NCBI GenBank assembly: GCA_963701965.1
Contig: OY969695.1
Location: 4,352,001 to 4,416,000 of the forward strand
Source of the DNA: an uncultured Gemmatimonadales bacterium
GTDB taxonomy: Bacteria; Gemmatimonadota; Gemmatimonadetes; Gemmatimonadales; Gemmatimonadaceae
Length of the DNA: 64,000 nt
Reading direction: 5' to 3'
Of the stretch, positions 29,108-42,198 are shown piece after piece. The position numbers were made by a program, and so were the translations under genes. Position 1 is the first letter of the stretch, and every line of letters starts with the position of its first letter. The notes beneath the pieces were generated by a model that saw nothing but the letters and a program-made list of their open reading frames with translations, was not told where the DNA came from and ran no database searches.

Positions 29108-30320
29108 TCGTGTCGGTCAACGGTCCCAAACTCCACAACTGCGGCCACCGTCGCGCGACAAGAACGACGACGAGCATCGTGCCCAACGCGCCGGACACGA
29201 CCGACACGACCGGCGAGAACAACCGCGCCACGACCCCGGACTCGAATCCGCCCAGCTGATTCGATGTCCCAATGAACAGACTGTTGATCGCCCCCACGCG
29301 CCCGCGCATCTCATCGGGGGTCAGGAGCGGCACGAGCGTGCCCCGGACCACGACGCTGACCATGTCCAGCCCACCGATCAGGACGAGCATCGCCAGCGAG
29401 AGCACGAATGACCGCGACAGTCCGAACACCAGCGTGGCCACGCCAAAGCCAAAGACCGCGCCCAGCAACGTCGGCCCCGCGCGCCGCAGTGGCCCGCGCG
29501 CCAGCACGACGGCCATGACCACGGCGCCCACCGAGGGTGCCGCGTCCATCCACCCGAGACCCACCGGACCGACGTGCAGGATGTCCTTCGCGTACACCGG
29601 CATGAGCGATGTGGCGCCGCCCAGCAGTACCGCGAAGAGATCGAGCGTGATCGTCGCGAGAATCAGTTTCGTTCGGATGACGTAACGGACCCCGGCGATC
29701 AGCGATTCGATGGTCAGCGCCCGGTGTTCCCGATCGATCGGCCGATACCGCAGCAGGAACGCGCAGACGAGGAACACGAACGCTCCGGCGGCGCCACACA
29801 GATACACGATCGCCGGGGTGCGCAACGCGCCAATGAGAAGCCCGCCCAGGGCGGGACCGATGACGGCGGCCAGTTGCCATCCGCCGCTATTCCAAGTGAC
29901 CGCGTTGGCCAGCGTCTCCGGCGGCACGAGCGCCGGCAGGATGGCGTTTCGGGTCGGCTGCTGAAACGCCCGCGCCGCCCCCATGACCAGGAAGCACGCG
30001 TAGATGGCCATGACGGGCGCGTGCAGCCACGATACGGCCGCCAGTCCGAGCGACGCCGCCATCATGGCGGTCTGGGCGCCCATGAGGACGAAACGCCGGT
30101 TCACCGTGTCCACAATGTGCCCCGCGGGAAGCACGAGGGCGATCAGCGGGATCACGCTGACCAAACCGACGTATCCCAGCGCGAGCGCCGAGTGGGTGCG
30201 TTCGTACAGCTCCCAGCCGACCGCCGTGCCCTGCATCTCGAAACCGACCGTCCCCGAGAACGCGCCGAGCCAGAAGAGCCGAAAATCGCGCTCTTGCAGC
30301 GCCGCGTACGGAGAGTGCAC
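29055..30320 (-). CDS. MFS transporter (EntS/MFS_3-like)
   Basis: About 12 TM; DFRLFW, GWELYERT, DLFAVLLGGA, PDEMRGRV. Confidence 0.85.
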   Translation of the reverse strand: MHSPYAALQERDFRLFWLGAFSGTVGFEMQGTAVGWELYERTHSALALGYVGLVSVIPLIALVLPAGHIVDTVNRRFVLMGAQTAMMAASLGLAAVSWLHAPVMAIYACFLVMGAARAFQQPTRNAILPALVPPETLANAVTWNSGGWQLAAVIGPALGGLLIGALRTPAIVYLCGAAGAFVFLVCAFLLRYRPIDREHRALTIESLIAGVRYVIRTKLILATITLDLFAVLLGGATSLMPVYAKDILHVGPVGLGWMDAAPSVGAVVMAVVLARGPLRRAGPTLLGAVFGFGVATLVFGLSRSFVLSLAMLVLIGGLDMVSVVVRGTLVPLLTPDEMRGRVGAINSLFIGTSNQLGGFESGVVARLFSPVVSVVSGALGTMLVVVLVARRWPQLWSLGPLTDTIMPESLDAAPEVPVPAR

Positions 30321-30328
30321 GCCGAAAT

Positions 30329-30589
30329 CTACTTCCCGTCCCGTCCCGCGAGGCGATCGAGCTCGGCCCCAAACTCGGCCCACGTGACGCCCATCCCGAC
30401 CAGCAACCGGTCATACGTGTGCAGGAGGCCCCACCGCACGCCGCGCTCAATGCCGCCGATCGCGGGCCGGTCCACGCCACTGAGAAATCCCAAGCGCTCC
30501 TGGCTCACGCCGCGCCGCTCGCGCAAGGTCCGCACAGCAATGCCGGCCATCGCACACGTCAGGCGTCCGCGCGTCGGGTTATCCGCCAC
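30329..30589 (-). CDS. XRE-family HTH transcriptional regulator
   Basis: VRTLRERRGVSQERLGFLSGVDRPAIGGIERG. Confidence 0.75.
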   Translation of the reverse strand: MADNPTRGRLTCAMAGIAVRTLRERRGVSQERLGFLSGVDRPAIGGIERGVRWGLLHTYDRLLVGMGVTWAEFGAELDRLAGRDGK

Positions 30590-30633
30590 TCTAAACTCCT
30601 GTCCAGGGCTGGCAGTGAAATAGCCGTGTGCGC

Positions 30634-30675
30634 CGGTACTGTCAAAGCTGAGTGCTTGCGAATCTGACAGTACCG
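30634..30675. promoter_or_regulatory. Perfect 11-bp inverted repeat CGGTACTGTCA-N20-TGACAGTACCG, putative operator
   Basis: Arms at 30634-30644 and 30665-30675, between two divergent HTH genes. Confidence 0.6.
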
Positions 30676-30705
30676 CTCCGGCTGTTCCCTAATAGCTTCG
30701 GCGCC

Positions 30706-30957
30706 ATGCGCTTACGCATCCCCGAACTCTTCGACGAACGGAAAAAGACCCCCTACGAGGTCGCACGCGACTCGGGCGGCAGGCTGACCGAGGCGACGTT
30801 GTATCGCCTCGCCCGGGAAAAGGGCAGCGTGAAGTTCGTGAGCCTGGGGCTACTGCAGGCGCTGTGCGATGTGCTGCACGTCGAGCCAGCCACGCTCTTC
30901 GAGTACCATCCCGAACCCGTGAAGCAGCCCGCGGCCCGGCGCAAAGCATCGCGTTAG
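30706..30957 (+). CDS. Cro/C1-type HTH protein (HTH_26-like)
   Basis: LRIPELF..TPYEVARDSG..TLYRLA..LQALCDVLHVEPATLFEY. Confidence 0.75.
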   Translation: MRLRIPELFDERKKTPYEVARDSGGRLTEATLYRLAREKGSVKFVSLGLLQALCDVLHVEPATLFEYHPEPVKQPAARRKASR

Positions 30958-30986
30958 ACGTCACGCCGAGCGTAATTTCGCTCGGC

Positions 30987-31868
30987 ATGCTGTCTCCGTC
31001 GGAGCTCGCCGTCGCGTTTGGCATTGCCGCGGCCCTCGGTTGGGGCCTCGCCAATGTTCTCTATCGTTCGTCGGGACAACGGGTCGGTGCGCTCCGCGCG
31101 ATGTTCTTCTTCCAGCTGCCGGGCGCGATCGCGCTCTCCGCCTGGCTGGCGGTCGACCATGCGTCCGTGGCCGCGACCATTCATGACGCGCCACCGTGGG
31201 GTTGGCCAGCGGCGGTCGCGGCGGCGGCCATCATTCTCGCGGGGTCGGCGGCCTTCATCCGGGCGCTGACGGTCGGACGCCTGACGTTGGTATCGCCGGT
31301 CGCCGCCAGCTACGCGGCCGTCACCGTGGCGCTGTCGCTCGCGCACGGCAATGCGATCGGCCTCCTATCGGCGCTGGGGATGGCCACGGCGGTCTTCGGC
31401 GTGGCCCTGGCGTCATCGCCCAGCGGGCGTCCGGGCCCGTCGTCGAGTCGCGCGGGACTGGGCTGGGCGGTACTGGCGGCCACCGGGTTCGGTGCCGGAT
31501 TCTGGGTGCAGGGGACATTCGCGGTTCCCGCGCTCGGACATATCCTGCCGGTGTGGACGTATTACGTGCTGGGTCTCGGCGTCGTGTCAGTGATCGCCCG
31601 CGTGCGCGGGCGCAGCCTGTCGCCGCCCGGGCCGGAGCACCGGGGCGTGGTGATCGGCGCGGGGCTTCTCGGCATGGTCGGCTACACCACATTCACCGCC
31701 GGGTTGGGGACGGGGCACGTCGCGGTCGTGACCGTACTCAGTTCGCTCGCTGCGGCGGTCACGGTGCTCGTGGCCCGGTTCGCCCTGCGCGAGCACTTGG
31801 CGCGCCACCAATGGCTTGGTGTCGGGGCCATCCTCGTCGGCATTGGCCTGATCAACGTGGGGCGGTGA
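30987..31868 (+). CDS. EamA/DMT family transporter
   Basis: About 10 TM in two repeats; SPVAASYAAV, LREHLARHQWLG. Confidence 0.8.
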   Translation: MLSPSELAVAFGIAAALGWGLANVLYRSSGQRVGALRAMFFFQLPGAIALSAWLAVDHASVAATIHDAPPWGWPAAVAAAAIILAGSAAFIRALTVGRLTLVSPVAASYAAVTVALSLAHGNAIGLLSALGMATAVFGVALASSPSGRPGPSSSRAGLGWAVLAATGFGAGFWVQGTFAVPALGHILPVWTYYVLGLGVVSVIARVRGRSLSPPGPEHRGVVIGAGLLGMVGYTTFTAGLGTGHVAVVTVLSSLAAAVTVLVARFALREHLARHQWLGVGAILVGIGLINVGR

Positions 31869-31869
31869 A

Positions 31870-33805
31870 GTGACAGGGCCGATGTGGACGCCGTCCGCGG
31901 AGCGGATTGCCCGGTCGAACCTGGCGGCATTCATCGAGTTCCTGCGTCCGGTCCCACTTCCGGCCGCGTCGGCACCGGGCGCCTTCGACGCACTGCACCG
32001 CTGGTCGATCGAAGAGCCGGCGCGTTTCTGGGATGCCGTGTGGCGATTCCACGGGGTGATCGGTGAGCGGCAGGCGCGCGTCGTCGCGGGCCTCGATCGC
32101 ATGGCGCCGCCCGATCCCGATCTCGGCCCCCAATGGTTTCCGGGAGCCCGTCTCAATTTCGCCGAGAATCTCCTCCGGTACGACGACGCCCTTCCCGCGT
32201 TGATCGCGTGGACGGAGGCCGGCCGCCGCTCGGTGATCTCCCATGCGGAACTGCGCGCCGAGGTCGCGGCCTGCGCCGCCGCGCTGCGCGCCGCCGGCGT
32301 CGCGCCCGGCGATCGCGTCGCGGGCTTCCTGACGAATTGCCCCGAAGCGGTCATCGCCATGCTGGCGACGACGAGTCTCGGCGCGATCTGGTCGAGTTGT
32401 TCTCCGGATTTCGGCGTCGCCGGTGTCATCGACCGCTTCGGACAGATCGAACCCGTCATCCTGTTCGCCATCGCCGAGTATCGCTACAACGGCAAGACCG
32501 TCGACGCGCGGGCGCGCGTCGCCGAGTTGCGCGGCCAGCTGCCGAGCGTGCGCGAAACCGTCATGATCGAGACGTGGGACGCTTTTCTGGGGAAATATCG
32601 CGGCCAGCCGCTCGGCCGCGAGCGGTGGGAGTTCGACCGTCCGGCGCTCATTCTCTACTCCTCGGGGACGACCGGACTCCCCAAGGGCATCGTGCACGGC
32701 GCCGGTGGCACGTTGCTGCAGCACCTGAAAGAGCTGTCGCTGCACGTCGACGTGCGGCGGGACGACCGCGTGTTCTACTACACGACCACTGGTTGGATGA
32801 TGTGGAACTGGTTGGTGAGCGCCTTGTCACTCGGGGCGACGGTCGTGCTCTACGATGGTGCCGCATTGCCGGCGGCGCGGCCGGCGGTGCTCTGGGATCT
32901 GGCGGAACAGGAGGGGGTGACGGTGTTCGGCACCAGCGCCAAGTATCTCGCGTTGGCCGAGAAGTCCGGGCTGTCGCCGGCGCGCACCCACGATCTCTCG
33001 GCGGTGGCGACCATCCTCTCCACCGGGAGTCCGCTGGCTGCGCACAGCTTCGACTACGTGTACGATCGCGTCGCGCCCAATGTGTCGTCTGAGCAGCATC
33101 AGCGGCGGCGCCGACATCGTGTCGTGTTTTGCCCTGCGCAATCCCCTTGGCCCCGTCTGGCGCGGCGAGTTGCAGGCCCTTGGGCTGGGCATGGCCGTGT
33201 CGGTCTTCGACGAGCAGGGCCGCCCGACCGACGCCGACGGCGAGCTCGTCTGCACGATGCCGTTCCCGAGCATGCCCGTCGCCTTTTGGAAGGACCCCGG
33301 CGGCGCCCGGTATCAAGCCGCCTACTTCGACATGTTCCCCGGCGTGTGGCGCCACGGGGACTGGGCGCGCCGCTCTCCGCACGGCGGACTCGTCATCGAA
33401 GGCCGGAGCGACACCACGCTCAACCCTGGCGGGGTGCGCATCGGTACCGCGGAGATCTATCGCCAGGTGGAGCGATTTCCCGAAGTGGCCGAGAGCGTCA
33501 TCGTGGGACAGGATGTGGACACGGAGTCCGGACGCGACGTGCAGACGGTCCTCTTTGTCCGGCTCACGCCGGGGGAGCGGCTCGACGACGCGCTGCGCGA
33601 CCGCATCAAGGCGGCGATTCGCCAGAACGTGAGTCCCCATCACGTCCCGCGCGTCATCCGCGCGGTGCCCGACATTCCCCGCACCGTGAGCGGAAAGATC
33701 GCTGAGCTGGCGGTGCGCGACGTGCTGCACGGGCGGGCCGTCAAGAATATCGACGCACTCGCCAACCCGGAGTCGCTGGCGCACTTTGGCCCGGGCGATC
33801 GTTAG
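31870..33805 (+). CDS. Acetoacetate--CoA ligase, 1-nt frameshift near 33085
   Basis: [32 protein letters not shown]; continues in another frame [33 protein letters not shown]. Confidence 0.9.
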
Positions 33806-33815
33806 ATTTTCTTGA

Positions 33816-34958
<1,143 letters not shown>

Positions 34959-34970
34959 GGGACAATTTCG

Positions 34971-36164
34971 ATGCCGATCTACCATACGCTCGGCCAGGTG
35001 CCGCGCAAACGGCACACCGTCTTTCGGAAACCCGACGGCGGCTTGTACGCCGAGGAGTTGATGGGCCACGAAGGTTTCGTGGGCACGTCGTCGCTCCTCT
35101 ATCACACCCATCCGCCCACGACGGTCAAGTCGGTGCGCCGGTTACGGGAGGTCTCGTATGAGCCCGATCCCGATGCCACGCTCCGCCATTGGCACTTCCT
35201 GACCTCGCGCGTCAGCCGCGGCGGCAGTCCCACGATGGATCGCATCCCGCTGCTGTTCAATCGTGACGTCGCGATGCTGTACGTGGAGCCCGACGAGCAA
35301 GATGCGCATTTCTATCGCAACGCCCAGGGCGACGAGCTGGTGTACGTCAGCAAGGGCTCGGGCGTGTTGGAGTCGGTGTACGGCGACCTCCCGTATCACG
35401 AGGGCGATTATCTCGTGATTCACCGTGGCATCCTCCACCGCTACAAGATCGACCTGGCGGCGGGACCGACCAAATTCCTCGTCATCGAGTCGCGCGGGCA
35501 CATCCGCTGGCCCAAGCGATACCGGAATGACGTCGGGCAGCTCATTGAGGGGGCGCCCTACTCGGAGCGGGACATTCGCCAGCCCGAGGCGCTGCGGCCG
35601 CACGATGAGATGGGAGATTTCCGGCTGCTGGTCAAGCAGTACAATGGCATCAACGAGATGATCCTCGATCACCATCCGTTCGACGTCGTCGGCTGGGATG
35701 GATACTTCTATCCTTGGGCGTTCAACATCCACGATTTCGAGCCCATCGTCGGACGTGTGCACCAGCCGCCCCCGGTGCACCAGACCTTCCAAGGCGATGG
35801 ATTCGTCGTGTGCTCGTTCTGTCCGCGGCCCTTCGACTTCGACCCGAACGCGGTGCCGGCGCCGTACAATCACTCCAACGTCGATTCCGACGAAGTGTTG
35901 TACTACGCGTCGAGTGAGTTCATGAGCCGGAAAGGCATCGAGTTCGGCAGCATTACCCACCATCCCAATGGCATCCCCCACGGACCGCATCCGGGGCGCA
36001 CCGAAGCGAGCATCGGCGCCAAATTCACGAACGAGTTGGCGGTGATGATGGACTCCTTTCGGCCGCTCAAGGTCGCCAAGGCGGCCACGACGATCGAAGA
36101 TCCGAATTACCAGCGGTCCTGGATCGAGGCGCAGCACGCGCAATTCAACCCGCCGACCAGTTAA
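34971..36164 (+). CDS. hmgA: Homogentisate 1,2-dioxygenase
   Basis: HPFDVVGWDG, VHQPPPVHQTF, PYNHSNVDSDE, HGPHPG. Confidence 0.93.
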   Translation: MPIYHTLGQVPRKRHTVFRKPDGGLYAEELMGHEGFVGTSSLLYHTHPPTTVKSVRRLREVSYEPDPDATLRHWHFLTSRVSRGGSPTMDRIPLLFNRDVAMLYVEPDEQDAHFYRNAQGDELVYVSKGSGVLESVYGDLPYHEGDYLVIHRGILHRYKIDLAAGPTKFLVIESRGHIRWPKRYRNDVGQLIEGAPYSERDIRQPEALRPHDEMGDFRLLVKQYNGINEMILDHHPFDVVGWDGYFYPWAFNIHDFEPIVGRVHQPPPVHQTFQGDGFVVCSFCPRPFDFDPNAVPAPYNHSNVDSDEVLYYASSEFMSRKGIEFGSITHHPNGIPHGPHPGRTEASIGAKFTNELAVMMDSFRPLKVAKAATTIEDPNYQRSWIEAQHAQFNPPTS

Positions 36165-36166
36165 CC

Positions 36167-38315
<2,149 letters not shown>

Positions 38316-38324
<9 letters not shown>

Positions 38325-39431
38325 TTTGATCTCCGTCCAGATCTGATCCCACTCCGCGGTTTCCCGTCCGAGATCGACCTGGAGCTCGAGGCGGGCCAGC
38401 TCCGCGGGGGTGGGGTAGGGCACGGGATGCTGCATGAGCGCGAGCGCCGCGGCGTTGGGCGTCCCGTAGCCGGTGAAGTCGGAGATGTCGGCTTGCACGC
38501 GGGGTCGCAGGACGTAGTCGAGAAATGCGTGCGCCGCGCGCTTGTGGGGCGCCGAGCGGGGAATGACGACGGAGTCTTCCCAGATCGTCGTTCCCTCCTT
38601 GGGAACGATACACTCGATCGCCGGCTGCTCGACTTTGGCTTGGCTGGCATCGCCGTTCCACAGCTGGGCGATCCACACGTCGCCGGAGATGAGCTGGCCC
38701 TTGACCGGCGCCGAGATGTACGCCTTGAGATTGGCCTTCGCGGCGATGGCATCGCGTTTGGCCTGTCTGAGCTCGCCGGGATCGCGGGAGTTGAGCGAAT
38801 GCCCGCGATAGCGCAGCCACGAGCCGATGACGTCGCGACCGTCGTCCATCTGCGTCATTTTCTCGCGATACCGTCCGTCGAGCAGGACGCCCCAGCTATC
38901 GGGACGGTCGACCTTGTCCGAGCGATAGGCGAGCCCGGTAACGCCCCACTGCCACGGTACCGAGTGGGCGTTGTGGGGATCGAATGGCGGGTCGAGGAAG
39001 AGCGGCGCGATGTTGCCGAAGTTGGGCAAGTATTGCCGGTGGAGCGGGGCCGCGAGTCCCACCGCGATGAGCACGGTCACGGCGTACGTCGATGGGAACA
39101 CGAGGTCGTAGCCCGTGGCGCCCGTCAGCAGCTTGGCCAGCATCTCCTCGTTGCTCTCGTACACATCGTAGGAGACCCGCACGCCGAATTCCTTCTCGAA
39201 ATTCGACACCGTGTCGGGCGCCACGTAGTCCGACCAGTTGTAGATCGACAGCCGCGGTTCGATCGGACCCAGGGGCCGCGCCGCTTCCGCGGCGTCGGCG
39301 GCGGCCCGCTCCGCGGGCGAGCGCCCGTCGTCGAGCCGGCGACAAGCCGCGAGCAAGGACGGAATGGCACTGGCCGTGAATCCCAGCGCCAGCGCCCGGC
39401 GGACCGCGTCGCGGCGCGTGAGATCAGACAC
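38316..39431 (-). CDS. potD: Spermidine/putrescine ABC transporter substrate-binding protein (Tat lipoprotein-like)
   Basis: TRRDAV twin-Arg, LAAC; YNWSDY, YESNEEMLAKL, WNGD, PKEG. Confidence 0.9.
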
Positions 39432-40212
39432 GGGTCCTGGCGTCTCCGCGCGTCAATCGCTCGGCGCAATACAGCAGCACCGACGTCGCGGCGACGATCA
39501 CCGCGCTGATGGCGTTGATGCTGGGCTCGACGTTCCGGCGGACCATGCTGTAGATGATGAGCGGCAAGGTGCTCGAGCCCGACCCGGCGACGAACGACGT
39601 GATCACGAAATCGTCGAACGACAGAATGAACGTCAAGAGCGCCGCGGCGACGATGCCCGGCCACAGCAACGGCACGGTGATGCGACGAAACGCCGTGATC
39701 TCGTCGGCGCCGAGGGTCATCGCCGCCTCCTCCAACGTCTCGTCCATGCCCGCGAGTCGCGCCATGACCACCACGACCACGAACGGAATGGAGAACGCGA
39801 CGTGCGCGATCGTGATCGTCAGGAGACCAAGGGGGACGCGCAGGAACACGAACAGGATGAGCAACGAGATCCCGGTGACAATCTCCGGCGTCACGATGGG
39901 GACGTAGACGAGCCCCTCGTAGAGCGTCCGGCCCCGGAACCGGCGCCGGGCCAGGGCCAGGGCGATGAGCGTCCCACAGACCACCGCGATCACGGTCGCC
40001 GAAACCCCTACCAGGAGGCTGGCGCGGAGCGCGGCGAGAATGTCCTCGCGTTCGATGAGACGCTGGTACCAGTGCCAGGTGAACCCCGTCCACGCGACCG
40101 AGAATTTGGATGCGTTGAACGAGAAGATGATGAGCACCAGCACGGGCAGGTGCATGAGGAAGAGCACCACGGCCGTGAATGCCGTGAGCCACCAGGGGAG
40201 ACGCCGCGTCAT
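39424..40212 (-). CDS. potC: Polyamine ABC transporter permease
   Basis: FSFNASK, PEIVTG, LEEAAMTLGA, SFDDF. Confidence 0.9.
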   Translation of the reverse strand: MTRRLPWWLTAFTAVVLFLMHLPVLVLIIFSFNASKFSVAWTGFTWHWYQRLIEREDILAALRASLLVGVSATVIAVVCGTLIALALARRRFRGRTLYEGLVYVPIVTPEIVTGISLLILFVFLRVPLGLLTITIAHVAFSIPFVVVVVMARLAGMDETLEEAAMTLGADEITAFRRITVPLLWPGIVAAALLTFILSFDDFVITSFVAGSGSSTLPLIIYSMVRRNVEPSINAISAVIVAATSVLLYCAERLTRGDARTRV

Positions 40213-41078
40213 GCGGTCACGGATCGGGCGCGCAAGCGCAGGTAGACGAGTACCGCGGCCAGCACCAGCACCATGAGCGCGAGCGAGGCCGCCGAGCCGA
40301 ACGGCCAGTTGCGGGCCGTCGAGAATTGGTTCTGAACCAGATTCCCGACCAAGAGACCCTTGGCCCCACCCAGCAAGTCCGACGTGAGGAACGAACCCAG
40401 CGCCGGGATGAAGACGAGCAAGGAGCCGGCGATGAGCCCGGGCGCGGACAGGGGAAGGGTCACCCGCCGAAATCGCGCCGCCGGGCGCGCGCCCAGCACG
40501 TCGGCGGCTTCCAGGAGCGACGGGTCGACTTTTTCCAGCGACGCATACACCGGCAGGATCATGAACGGGAGGTACCCGTACACCAACCCCACGAACACGG
40601 CGAAGGGCGTATACAGCATCGCGATGGGTTCGTGGATCACGCCGGCAGCCATCAGCCAACTGTTGATCAGTCCTGTGTCGCGCATGAGGAAGATCATGGC
40701 GAACGTCCGCACGAGAAAGCTCGTCCAAAACGGCAGGACGACGAGAAACAGCAAAAGCCCCCGCCACTTCCCACTGCGCGCGATCGCGTACGCCACCGGA
40801 TAGCCGGTCAGCGCGCACAGCGCCGTGCACGATACCGCGATCACGAGCGTGCGCTCGAGGACCGTGAGGTACACCGGATGCAGAAAGCGCGCGTACGCTT
40901 CCAGGGTGAAACCGGGCTCGACGCCACCGTAGGTGCCCCGTGGCATGGCGCTGTAGGCGCCCATCACCAGCACGGGAATCACGAAGAATACCAGCATCCA
41001 CACGGTACCCGGCGCCAACAGCGCCCACGCTTCCGCTTCCGGTCGGCGCGTGAACCAGCGCAGCAGTCGCCGCCTCAC
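40209..41078 (-). CDS. potB: Polyamine ABC transporter permease
   Basis: LPFWTSFLVR, YLPFMILP, LLEAADVLGA, RNWPFGSA. Confidence 0.9.
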   Translation of the reverse strand: MRRRLLRWFTRRPEAEAWALLAPGTVWMLVFFVIPVLVMGAYSAMPRGTYGGVEPGFTLEAYARFLHPVYLTVLERTLVIAVSCTALCALTGYPVAYAIARSGKWRGLLLFLVVLPFWTSFLVRTFAMIFLMRDTGLINSWLMAAGVIHEPIAMLYTPFAVFVGLVYGYLPFMILPVYASLEKVDPSLLEAADVLGARPAARFRRVTLPLSAPGLIAGSLLVFIPALGSFLTSDLLGGAKGLLVGNLVQNQFSTARNWPFGSAASLALMVLVLAAVLVYLRLRARSVTA

Positions 41079-42184
41079 TCATCCTCCAGGATCTGGCAAT
41101 CCTCCGGCTTCCAGGCGACGACCGCGTCGTCGCCCCGGCGCCAGGGCAGGGGATTGATCAGCTGGCCTTCGTTGCGGAGCGCGACGGTGATGTCCGTGGC
41201 GTGGGGGAGCGCGACGACCACGTGCATCGTCTCACCCAGGTAAATGACGTCCCGCACGGATCCGGCCAGGGCATTCTCGCCCGGAGGCACGGCGCCGGGT
41301 CGCACGAGATCGAGCCACTCGGGGCGGACGGCGATGCGGATCGTCTGACCCTGCGCCAAGCCGTTCATCGCCGGGACACGAAATCGAGTCCCGCCGGACC
41401 GCTCGACGTCCCACCATGCCTCGCTGCGGTCGGTAATGCGACCATCCAGAAAATTGGACTCCCCGATGAACTTGGCGACGAACGCCGTGCGGGGATTCTC
41501 GTAGACCTCGGCGGGAGTGCCGAGCTGCGCGACGCGACCGTTGGACATGACGGCGATACGGTCCGACATCGTCAGGGCTTCTTCCTGATCGTGGGTCACG
41601 TAGATGAACGTCGTCCCCAGCTGCTTGTTGAGCCCCTTGAGCTCGAGCTGCATCTCCTTGCGCAGTTGCAAGTCGATGGCGCCGAGGGGCTCATCCAGCA
41701 ACAGGATCGCGGGTTCGAGCACCAGCGCGCGGGCCAGGGCGACGCGTTGGCGTTGGCCCCCCGACAGCTGGGTGGGATTGCGGCGGGCGAAGGTCTCGGG
41801 CGCGAGCCGCACCAGGGAGAGCGCGGCCCGCACCCGATCGCCGATCTCGCTCTTCGGCGTGTGGCGCTGCTCCAGGCCGAAGGACACGTTGCGCTCGACC
41901 GTCAGGTGCGGGAACAGGGCGTAGTTCTGGAACACCATCGCCAGGGGCCGATCGTAGGGGCGCCGGTCGTTGACCACGGCACCCATGATCCGCACCTCGC
42001 CGTCGCCGTCGGGCGTCTCGAACCCCGCGATCAAACGCAAGGTCGTCGTCTTGCCGCACCCCGACGGTCCGAGGAGCGAGAAGAATTCGCCGCGCTCGAT
42101 CGCGAACGAGACATCGTGCACGGCCCGCGTGCCGGCGGTAAAGCTCTTGGAGACGCGGCGCAGCTCGACAACGAATTGGGCCAT
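41075..42184 (-). CDS. potA: Polyamine ABC transporter ATP-binding protein
   Basis: GPSGCGKTT, LSGGQRQR, LLLDEP, TOBE-like C-terminus. Confidence 0.9.
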   Translation of the reverse strand: MAQFVVELRRVSKSFTAGTRAVHDVSFAIERGEFFSLLGPSGCGKTTTLRLIAGFETPDGDGEVRIMGAVVNDRRPYDRPLAMVFQNYALFPHLTVERNVSFGLEQRHTPKSEIGDRVRAALSLVRLAPETFARRNPTQLSGGQRQRVALARALVLEPAILLLDEPLGAIDLQLRKEMQLELKGLNKQLGTTFIYVTHDQEEALTMSDRIAVMSNGRVAQLGTPAEVYENPRTAFVAKFIGESNFLDGRITDRSEAWWDVERSGGTRFRVPAMNGLAQGQTIRIAVRPEWLDLVRPGAVPPGENALAGSVRDVIYLGETMHVVVALPHATDITVALRNEGQLINPLPWRRGDDAVVAWKPEDCQILEDE

Positions 42185-42198
42185 CAGTATGGTATAAG

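Noticed and set aside
19944..30957. Prophage suggested by the gp5-like ORF and the cI/cro-like pair
   Set aside because: They are 10 kb apart among housekeeping genes, with no integrase, terminase, capsid or att sites.
33070..33100. Programmed ribosomal frameshifting at the split genes
   Set aside because: No slippery heptamer or stimulatory structure is evident at 5872, 24137, 33085 or 37673; sequencing error is simpler.
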